Assembly (NCBI GenBank): GCA_964533595.1
Contig: CAZHMP010000004.1
Coordinates: 2,723 to 66,722, forward strand
Direction of reading: 5' to 3'
DNA length: 64,000 nucleotides
Source of the DNA: an uncultured Acidimicrobiales bacterium
GTDB lineage: Bacteria > Actinomycetota > Acidimicrobiia > Acidimicrobiales > Aldehydirespiratoraceae
The notes beneath the pieces were generated by a model. The model saw only the letters and a program-made list of their open reading frames with translations, did not search any database and had not been told where the DNA came from. Of this stretch, positions 56,929 through 64,000 are shown in pieces. A program made the translations under genes and the position numbers. Positions within the stretch are counted from its first letter, which is position 1. The number at the start of each line of letters is the position of its first letter.

Positions 56929-56959
56929 CGGCCCGGATCCTCCCAGGAGGTCCGGGCCG
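56929..56959 (+). terminator. Intrinsic terminator after groEL
   Basis: CGGCCCGGA...TCCGGGCCG stem (9 bp plus an inner CCTCC/GGAGG extension), followed by TTGTTCGTTTTG. Confidence 0.7.
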
Positions 56960-56992
56960 TTGTTCGTTTTGTCCGCCGTTAGCGTCAGTGAG

Positions 56993-57424
56993 ATGCCCGT
57001 ATTCTCCAACGCAGTGCTGGTGCGCGTGTCCCTCGGGATGTCGACGTTGTCTGGCATGTTGCTTTTGGCCCCTTGGGCTCGCAGCGGGCGCACCGGCAGG
57101 TCGATGTTTGCTCTGATTTCCTCGGCGAGTGCCCTTGATCTGATTTCGGGCGTCGAAAAGGCGATCGTGGTGATGGCGGTCGTTGCCGTCCTCGTAGCGG
57201 TTGGGACTGCTCTTGTGGCCGCGGCATGGTCTCGGCCCAGGCTGGCTGCCGTTGCTTTGGTCGCGCCCGGACCCATCTTGGTTGTTGCTGCCATGATCAT
57301 CTCGAAAGCCTCTCTGTCGCTCGACTGGGGAGCATTTGCCGGCTCAACCGCGGGGGTAATTGGGTCGATATGTGCAACCATGAGCCTGCTGATCGATTCG
57401 CGACAACGAGATCTCCGGAAATGA
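56993..57424 (+). CDS. Hypothetical small polytopic membrane protein (~4 TM)
   Basis: Hydrophobic segments LLLAPWA, IVVMAVVAVLVAVGTALVAAAW, LAAVALVAPGPILVVAAMII, GVIGSICATMSLL. The start is uncertain (ATG 56993; the ORF is open from 56960, inside the terminator U-tract). ATGA overlap with the next gene. Confidence 0.45.
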   Translation: MPVFSNAVLVRVSLGMSTLSGMLLLAPWARSGRTGRSMFALISSASALDLISGVEKAIVVMAVVAVLVAVGTALVAAAWSRPRLAAVALVAPGPILVVAAMIISKASLSLDWGAFAGSTAGVIGSICATMSLLIDSRQRDLRK

Positions 57425-59340
57425 CCGAATTCGAACAACCGCTGGGTTCTCCCAAAGCTGCCGGCTCGCCATTGACCCCGGACGGCGGGGCGGTGGTCGT
57501 CGAGGCGGTCCAAGCATCGGGGCGGCGCCAACCGTCGAGGTTGGTTGTGAGAGCGGCGGCAGTGGCCGCGGCTCTTGTGTTGGTCGGCGGGGGAGCTGTG
57601 TTGGCCATCAGCGCGGGCAGCGCTACGGGTGGATCGGATAGCCCTGAGGCAGCGGTCACTCAGCTTCTTGAGTCGCTCTCGAACGAGGACCTGCTGGGCG
57701 CGGCCGAAGTGATGGTCCCGAGCGAGCGTCACACGCTGGTCGAATCAGGCGTAGCCATTACAGAGGAACTTGTTCGTCTCGGAGTTCTGTCTGACGACGT
57801 TGATCTGACGGCGCTGACCGGTATCGATTTGAGGTTCGACAATCTCAGCCTTCGGGAGGTCCCGGTACGATCCGACATCAGCCAAATCTTCATCGATCGG
57901 GGCAGCTCCCGAGCCACGGTGGATGTGTCCCAGCTGCCATTGGGAAGTCTGATCACCGAGCGAATCCCCGAGGATTTCCTCGCGTTCACGGATTCGGTTG
58001 CTTCGCCGATCGATTCCCGCACTCCGATTGCGGTGGTGGAGCGCGACGGACGTTGGTATGTCAGCCTCTGGTATTCAGTTGCCGAGAACGCTCGTGTGGC
58101 GGCCGGCCGGGCCGTGCCGGCGGCATCGGAAGCTCTCGTCCCGATAGGAGCCGAATCCCCTGAGGCCGCAGTTGAACGACTGATTCGCGAGGCGTCGCGC
58201 CTCGATCCTCGCACGGTGATCGGGATGCTTGATCCCGAGGAGATGTCTGCCCTCTACGACTACGCACCATTGTTCATCGCCGACGCAGAAGCAGCGGCAA
58301 ATGATGCGTTGCAGTCCGCCATCGACTCGGGCACCAACTGGACGATCGACTCAATCGATTTGTCGGCTACGGGTGATGACCTGCTGGCGGTCGTTGCCGT
58401 TGAGGGTTTCGAGGGTTCGCTCACCACCCATGACGGCGACGTTCGCGTGTCGTACCGGAATGGAGATATCGACGTCGTGTGGACCAGCACCGATTTCATG
58501 GGCGGCTCACACGACACCACCTACTCGTTCCACGACGGCTGTCTCAAGGTCACCTCGGCCGTCACGTCCCAGGAATTCTCGTTCGACTCCTGCGACACGT
58601 CCGGTGATTCCCTCGGTGTGCCGGGCCCATTCGGACCAGTCGAGATTTTCGGGCTCGGAGGAGCCGGGATTCTGCCGTCCCTGCCGTTCGTCGGTTCCGA
58701 CTTCGAAGTGGTCACTCACAACGTTGATGGCAAGTGGTTCGTCTCCCCGACCCGAACCATCACCGCTGCGGTGGTCGCGGCATTGAAGTCGATCGACCCC
58801 GACGATCTCGCCGCATCCGCAGACAACTTCGGCGATTTGTTCAGCGGGTCGATACTCGGCAGTGATGGCTTCGGATACAGCAGCGGCACCGATCTGGCAT
58901 TTCCATTTCCGGAGCAACCGCCGCCGTTCCAGCGCGACATGCCCACGCTCACGGCTGAAGATTTCGGTGCCACGAACACCGACCTCGTCCGCGGCAATCC
59001 GAAGGTCAGCTGGGCGCTCGACCTGTCGCCCGAAGACGTGAGCGCATCGTTGGATTTTTGGGTGCCCGACCTCGAACCCATCGAGGCGACTCGTGGCATC
59101 GAGATCAACATCCCCACGGAGGCCGGCGAAATGCAGCTCACCGTGGCCGAGTTGGCGACGCTGCCTGAGACGATCCTTGGCGACCTGATGATCGAAGACG
59201 GAGCGGTGCTGCAGCTGTTCGACAGCGTTGGTGACACGGTTTTGGTGGCTCTGGACGGTAATCGGCTTTTGATATTGGGCTCTTTCGGCGATGTGTCGAT
59301 CGACGAGCTGACCGCACTGTTGGACGGCCAAACGAGCTGA
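57421..59340 (+). CDS. Hypothetical membrane-anchored extracytoplasmic protein with duplicated module
   Basis: Single N-terminal TM (VVRAAAVAAALVLVGGGAVLAI). SPEAAV...DG(R/K)W(Y/F)VS occurs twice. No recognisable catalytic motif. ATG 57421 lies within ORF 57226..59340. Confidence 0.55.
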   Translation: MTEFEQPLGSPKAAGSPLTPDGGAVVVEAVQASGRRQPSRLVVRAAAVAAALVLVGGGAVLAISAGSATGGSDSPEAAVTQLLESLSNEDLLGAAEVMVPSERHTLVESGVAITEELVRLGVLSDDVDLTALTGIDLRFDNLSLREVPVRSDISQIFIDRGSSRATVDVSQLPLGSLITERIPEDFLAFTDSVASPIDSRTPIAVVERDGRWYVSLWYSVAENARVAAGRAVPAASEALVPIGAESPEAAVERLIREASRLDPRTVIGMLDPEEMSALYDYAPLFIADAEAAANDALQSAIDSGTNWTIDSIDLSATGDDLLAVVAVEGFEGSLTTHDGDVRVSYRNGDIDVVWTSTDFMGGSHDTTYSFHDGCLKVTSAVTSQEFSFDSCDTSGDSLGVPGPFGPVEIFGLGGAGILPSLPFVGSDFEVVTHNVDGKWFVSPTRTITAAVVAALKSIDPDDLAASADNFGDLFSGSILGSDGFGYSSGTDLAFPFPEQPPPFQRDMPTLTAEDFGATNTDLVRGNPKVSWALDLSPEDVSASLDFWVPDLEPIEATRGIEINIPTEAGEMQLTVAELATLPETILGDLMIEDGAVLQLFDSVGDTVLVALDGNRLLILGSFGDVSIDELTALLDGQTS

Positions 59341-59472
59341 TCCGGTGGGCACCTGCCAGGCAGGTCGGCCATCTCTGTACCCTCGCGGCATGGAGACACC
59401 GACACCGGACCCCAACAAGCCGCTCGCCGGGGAGTCCTCCTGAGGCCTCCAGAGGGCCGCGGAGGCCCGCAG

Positions 59473-60153
59473 GTGATCCCTCGGCCCCATGGGGCACAGC
59501 TCGGCGGTCCGCCCCCTTGGGCGGATCTCACGGCTGGAGAGAGGGCGCTGAGTATTGATGATGTGACTTTGGCCTTGGCTGAACGTGGCAGGGGATCGTT
59601 GATCGGCGAGGCCCGCGGCGCGGTGCCGGAGTCGGCTGTTCTCGTTGTTCTTTACGAACACGCCGATGAGGTCCAAGTGGTGCTCACGCGACGCTCACCT
59701 CACATGCGACATCACTCCCATGAGGTGTCTTTCCCGGGTGGCCGTCGAGATCCGGTCGACACCGACCTCTGGCAGACGGCTCTACGCGAAGCCGAGGAGG
59801 AAGTAGATATCGATCGTCGCGCACTCCGACGAATCGGTGAGCTCGACAGTTTCATGACCGTGGGCTCCAACACACTCGTACATCCGTTTGTGGCGGTTGC
59901 CCAAAGTCGCCCGAATCTCACGGCATCACCTGATGAAGTCGAGTCGATTCGCCACGTGCCCCTTTCCGAGCTGCTTCTCGACGAAGTCTGGAGAGAGGAG
60001 TTGTGGCCGATTCCATCAGTCGCCGGCCTGAGGGCCATCACCTTCTTCGAGCTGCTCGGCGACACGGTTTGGGGTGCCACCGGCGCCATGCTGCGCCAGT
60101 TGCTCGCCATCGCCACACACACCGACGACAAAATCCGCGGCGGCCCAGCCTGA
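59473..60153 (+). CDS. NUDIX hydrolase (CoA pyrophosphatase-like)
   Basis: Nudix box FPGGRRDPVDTDLWQTALREAEEEVDI preceded by VVLTRRSPHMRHHSHEVS. Start uncertain. Confidence 0.7.
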   Translation: MIPRPHGAQLGGPPPWADLTAGERALSIDDVTLALAERGRGSLIGEARGAVPESAVLVVLYEHADEVQVVLTRRSPHMRHHSHEVSFPGGRRDPVDTDLWQTALREAEEEVDIDRRALRRIGELDSFMTVGSNTLVHPFVAVAQSRPNLTASPDEVESIRHVPLSELLLDEVWREELWPIPSVAGLRAITFFELLGDTVWGATGAMLRQLLAIATHTDDKIRGGPA

Positions 60154-60185
60154 GGGTCGGGGCCGGACCCTCCTAAACTCCAATC

Positions 60186-60566
60186 GTGCCCGAAATCAAG
60201 TTCACCGCAAGCACCCATCCAGAGTTGGTCCGACAGGTCACCGTCTGGCTCGAGTCGACCGCCGACGAACGTTCAGCGGCCGACGTCGTCGAGGAGAGCG
60301 CCGACCTCACCAAGGACGCGCTTCGAATCATCGCAGCGTCGGCTCCGGCCGCGATTGCCGACAATGAATTGGTTAGAGGACTCACCGATCTGGGCTACCG
60401 CGCCACCGACCTCACACGCGATCGAGTGCTTGCTGGTCTCGACGGGCTGGCGGCGGTCACCGACGGCCGCCTGGTCAAACGAGTTGGCGAGACCGGAGCA
60501 AAGGCTGCCTACGAAATGAACTCCAACGTGGCCAAGCAGTTGCTCAAATCGATTCTGGGTGGCTGA
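60186..60566 (+). CDS. Hypothetical protein (126 aa)
   Basis: ORF with genome-typical codon bias. Its stop overlaps the guaA start region. No recognisable motif. Confidence 0.4.
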   Translation: MPEIKFTASTHPELVRQVTVWLESTADERSAADVVEESADLTKDALRIIAASAPAAIADNELVRGLTDLGYRATDLTRDRVLAGLDGLAAVTDGRLVKRVGETGAKAAYEMNSNVAKQLLKSILGG

Positions 60567-62178
60567 CATGGAATCGGATTCAGGCGAAGAGCCAGATCGA
60601 TCAAACGCGTCCGCCCCGGGGGGCGACGGTTCATTCGACACGGTCCTGGTGGTTGATTTCGGGGCCCAGTACGCGCAGTTGATCGCCCGGCGGATACGTG
60701 AAACCGGGGTCTACAGCGAGATCGTGCCACCGAGCATCACCGCATCAGAGATTTCCGAGCGTGCCCCCGCCGGCCTCGTCTTCAGCGGTGGTCCGGCTTC
60801 GGTTCATGTCGAAGGGGCTCCCGCCATCGATGCCGCGGTCTACAAACTTGGCATTCCGATCCTGGGGATCTGCTATGGCGCTCAGTTGATCGCCCAGCAA
60901 AACGGGGGCAGCGTCGGGCGCACCGACAAGGGCGAGTACGGCCGAACCGACATGACGGTCATCCCCGACAGTGAGGATCCAGCCGACAGATCACTTCTGG
61001 GCGGGCTTCCGATTGAGCAAACAGTGTGGATGAGCCACTTTGACGCCATTGTCGAGCCTCCCGCCGACGCTGTGGTGACGGCCACGACCCCAGATGCACC
61101 GGTTGCCGCATTCGAAGACCACGCGCATGGGCTATTTGGCGTCCAGTTCCACCCCGAGGTTGTTCACACCCCCCACGGTCAGCATGTGATCGAACGATTC
61201 ATTCACGGTGCTTGTGGGCTGGCCGGCAACTGGAACATGGCATCGATCATCGAGTCGGCGATCGAGTTGATTCGTGCCCAGGTGGGCGAAGGTAAGGTGA
61301 TCTGCGGTTTGTCCGGCGGTGTCGATTCCGCGGTTGCCGCGGCGCTCGTGCATCGCGCCATTGGCGATCAACTCACTTGCGTATTCGTCGACACCGGCCT
61401 GATGCGACTCGACGAGGGCATCCAGGTGATCGAGACGTTCGGCAGACACATGGGCATCAAGTTGATCAGCGTCGACGCCGGGGATCGGTTCTTCAAGGCC
61501 CTCGAGGGAATCACCGAGCCGGAGGCGAAGCGCAAGGCCATCGGTGAACTGTTCATACGGGTGTTCGAGGATGCGAAGGCGGAAGTCGACAATGCCGAAT
61601 TTCTCGTCCAGGGAACGCTCTATCCGGATGTGATCGAGTCCGGGAACGAGCATGCCGCCACCATCAAGAGTCACCACAATGTCGGTGGGCTCCCCGATGA
61701 CATCGACTTCGCTCTGGTCGAACCATTGCGGAGCCTGTTCAAGGACGAAGTCCGAAAGCTCGGTTCTGAACTCGGCTTGCCAGACGAAATCGTGCTGCGC
61801 CAACCTTTCCCCGGTCCCGGTCTCGGAGTGCGGATCATCGGTGAAGTAACCCCGGACAAGGTCGTCACCCTCCAACACGCCGATCACATCGTGCGTGAGG
61901 AGCTGAGACTGGCCGGACTCGAGCGCGAGATATGGCAGTCGTTCGCGGTGCTGCCCGACATTCGTTCTGTTGGTGTGATGGGTGACGAGAGGACCTACGG
62001 AAATCCGATAATTATCCGCGCCGTCACCAGCGAAGACGCCATGACCGCCGACTGGGCTCGCATCCCATACGACGTTCTCGAAGCCATGAGCAGCCGGCTG
62101 ATCAACGAAGTGCCAGGCATCAACCGGGTGGCATACGACATCACCTCCAAACCGCCAGGAACCATCGAATGGGAATGA
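60559..62178 (+). CDS. guaA: GMP synthase (glutamine-hydrolysing)
   Basis: GATase part [20 protein letters not shown]...GICYGAQL...FHPEV and ATP-PPase P-loop [11 protein letters not shown]-terminal KPPGTIEWE. Start GTG 60559 or ATG 60568. Confidence 0.96.
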   Translation: MADMESDSGEEPDRSNASAPGGDGSFDTVLVVDFGAQYAQLIARRIRETGVYSEIVPPSITASEISERAPAGLVFSGGPASVHVEGAPAIDAAVYKLGIPILGICYGAQLIAQQNGGSVGRTDKGEYGRTDMTVIPDSEDPADRSLLGGLPIEQTVWMSHFDAIVEPPADAVVTATTPDAPVAAFEDHAHGLFGVQFHPEVVHTPHGQHVIERFIHGACGLAGNWNMASIIESAIELIRAQVGEGKVICGLSGGVDSAVAAALVHRAIGDQLTCVFVDTGLMRLDEGIQVIETFGRHMGIKLISVDAGDRFFKALEGITEPEAKRKAIGELFIRVFEDAKAEVDNAEFLVQGTLYPDVIESGNEHAATIKSHHNVGGLPDDIDFALVEPLRSLFKDEVRKLGSELGLPDEIVLRQPFPGPGLGVRIIGEVTPDKVVTLQHADHIVREELRLAGLEREIWQSFAVLPDIRSVGVMGDERTYGNPIIIRAVTSEDAMTADWARIPYDVLEAMSSRLINEVPGINRVAYDITSKPPGTIEWE

Positions 62179-62744
62179 CGATCAAGCCGGCCGATGCCTA
62201 CCAACGCGCCGCGGCGCTCATGGGTGAGGCGATCACCTCGCTCACGGATCAACAATGGGACCTGAAGTGCGGGCCCGACGATCTTTCGATCGCGGCCGCT
62301 GTGGCGTGGGTCGTGGTGGGGGATTCGCAGATCAGTTCGGCGATCGACCGCGGTCGGCTCGATGAGATTCATGACATCGAGGCGAACGTGCTGGGCCCCA
62401 ACCTCGTCGCAACGTGGCGCGGCACGGCGCTGGCCGCCATATCGAGCCTCGATTCCATCGACGATCTCGATGGCACGGTCGAACATCCTGACGGCCATTT
62501 GGTCATTGGCGACTTGGTTGGTCAGAGGGTCAGCGAGAACATCGTGCGCTCGTGGGACATCCGCCGGGCTGTGAACAGTGAACTTGCCATCCCCGAGGAC
62601 CTGGCCGTTTGGTGCCTCGACTTCTGGAATTCACATGCCGACGCGGTGATGGCAGGAGGAGTTCTGCCCAACAACCCGATTCAGCCGGCACCCGATGCGG
62701 ATGCTTCCACTCGGCTGCTCGCGTTCACTGGGCGGAGGGCCTAG
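62169..62744 (+). CDS. DinB/MDMPI-like protein (TIGR03086-type, actinobacterial)
   Basis: Pattern DQQWDL.C...SWDIRRAV...[18 protein letters not shown] resembles that family as I recall it. Overlaps the guaA stop. Confidence 0.5.
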   Translation: MGMTIKPADAYQRAAALMGEAITSLTDQQWDLKCGPDDLSIAAAVAWVVVGDSQISSAIDRGRLDEIHDIEANVLGPNLVATWRGTALAAISSLDSIDDLDGTVEHPDGHLVIGDLVGQRVSENIVRSWDIRRAVNSELAIPEDLAVWCLDFWNSHADAVMAGGVLPNNPIQPAPDADASTRLLAFTGRRA

Positions 62745-62809
62745 TTGAGACGACCGGTGGGGTGAGCTTTCCGAATCGCAGCTCGCGCCCGCATGTCTCG
62801 CCGAACAAA

Positions 62810-62827
62810 ACGTCCCCGCGGGGACGT
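62810..62827 (-). terminator. Perfect 18-nt palindrome, terminator-like (U-tract on minus strand)
   Basis: ACGTCCCCGCGGGGACGT is flanked by AACAAAA on the + side, so the minus strand reads hairpin + TTTTGTT. It lies between the DinB-like gene and the IS remnant. Confidence 0.45.
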
Positions 62828-63070
62828 GCCGCGGTGATCCGGTTACGCCGCGATCCCACGCAGCACCCGGCTGAGCGACACCCGCCCCATTAAGCCAGTA
62901 ACAACCCCCCAGAGCACACCTAGGAGGCTGCTGAGCAATCGGGTTGTTGACTTGGTGGAGTTTGGTGTTGGGGTCGCGGCGGGGTCCGGTGTCGGGTTTT
63001 GGCCGGGTGGTAATGGTGTTGCTGCGGCTGTTGTGGCTGGTGGCGGGGCCGGTACCGTTGTCCGGCGACT

Positions 63071-64000
63071 CTAGGCGAGGGTCCAGGTGTTGCCGTTGGG
63101 GCAGGTCACGAGGCGCTGCTGGTAGTCGACGGTGAAATCGTCACGGCAGAACTGGTCTTCGCCCAGGGTCGGGTTGTTGCGCAACGGCCAAGGCTTGATC
63201 ACGGGACTGTGCTCAGCGTCGTTGAGCGCTGCCAGGGTGTCGCCGGATCCATAGGCGGAATCGGCAAACACTCGAGTGCCGGGCGGTTCGTCGGTGAGCA
63301 GCTCGACACCGGCAGGTCCGTCGCCTTCGTTGGTTGGGGTCAGATCACAACCAGTGATGATCCCGGTCTCGGGTTCGACCGCGACGTGGGCCTTGCAGCC
63401 GTCGCGATACACCGACCGGGATTTGTGCATGTGGCGAGATTCCGGATCGACGGTGGAGATCACCCGACGCTTGGTCCACCGCGGCCGATCTGCCAGGTTC
63501 CTTCCTCATCGCCGGGTTCGATGTCTTGGCCCGCGACCAACGCCAACAGCCCGATCAGTTGGGCTTGGACGTCATCGCCCTCGACGCCGTCGACCGCGTC
63601 AAGGACAGCGAGGGCGGCGTTGACCAGGAGGGTCACCAGCTCATCGCGAGCGTCGGGGTCGTTCCACGCGCACGCCGGTTTGGCCGCGGAGTCGTAGTCC
63701 TCGCCGACGAGCGTCGCTTCCGCCCCGGCAGGGATCGCTTTGCGAGCCCGCCAGATCATCGATGACAGCTACGTCACGGTGTCTTGGGTCGCGACCGCGT
63801 CATCGAGCAGCGTCGATTCGAGTGCCCGCCTGGTCTTGCCGGCCAGAACCCCGGTCTCGTCCACGACCTCACGGATCACCTCGAAGACCCGCTCAGGGTG
63901 CTCCGACGCCCGCAGCTTGTTGCGCCACAACGTCAACACCGTGGGATGAAACCCCTCATCATCGAGCGGAACGCCCGCCGCGACTTTCCAACGTAGATCG
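63071..64000 (-). pseudogene. Decayed IS5/IS1182-type DDE transposase (runs off window)
   Basis: Minus-strand translation gives DLRWKVAAGVPLDDEGFHPTVLTLWRNKL...LLDDAVATQDTVT*LSS (in-frame TAG near 63769-63771). A frameshift lies near 63465-63480 (..TWQIGR / RWTKRRVISTVDPESRHMHKS..). It continues ..FADSAYGSGD.. and ends prematurely at 63071 without the usual C-terminal region. Confidence 0.7.

Noticed and set aside
62944-63135. 63-aa + strand ORF (MLTWWSLVLGSRRGP...), considered as a small membrane protein.
   Set aside because: It lies in the degraded tail of the IS remnant, has Trp/Arg/Leu/Gly-biased composition with low GC3, no SD, and overlaps the transposase pseudogene end.

Overview
High-GC (~60%) actinobacterial chromosome segment, possibly class Acidimicrobiia (inference from gene order and protein style only). 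It is almost entirely the conserved translation/transcription core on the + strand. Order: sigE-like/anti-sigma, tRNA-Trp, secE-nusG, rplKAJL, rpoBC, rpsLG-fusA-tuf-rpsJ, rplC through rplO, secY-adk-infA-rpmJ, rpsMKD-rpoA-rplQ, truA, rplM-rpsI-glmM. Next comes the block that is syntenic in Mycobacterium: glmS, acpS, nnr, alr, tsaE-tsaB-rimI-tsaD, groES-groEL, and then guaA. No rRNA, CRISPR array or intact mobile element is visible; a decayed IS5/IS1182-type transposase lies at the 3' edge. The non-core content is the interesting part. (1) Three tandem, translationally coupled membrane GGDEF paralogues with a conserved Cys-rich sensor module are wedged between tsaD and the CIRCE-controlled groES. 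(2) A 1143-aa expanded GlmS-like protein sits at the glmS position. (3) A GTDC1/DUF3524-type glycosyltransferase plus an S58 peptidase lie between alr and the t6A genes. (4) rimI and tsaD are fused. (5) rpsJ is separated from rplC by an orphan LuxR-type response regulator and an AI-2E permease. (6) A tyrosine phosphatase-like gene lies between rplL and rpoB. (7) Several ribosomal proteins carry unusual extensions, including an L22 C-terminal module. All calls rest on reading translated motifs and gene order; no database search was run.
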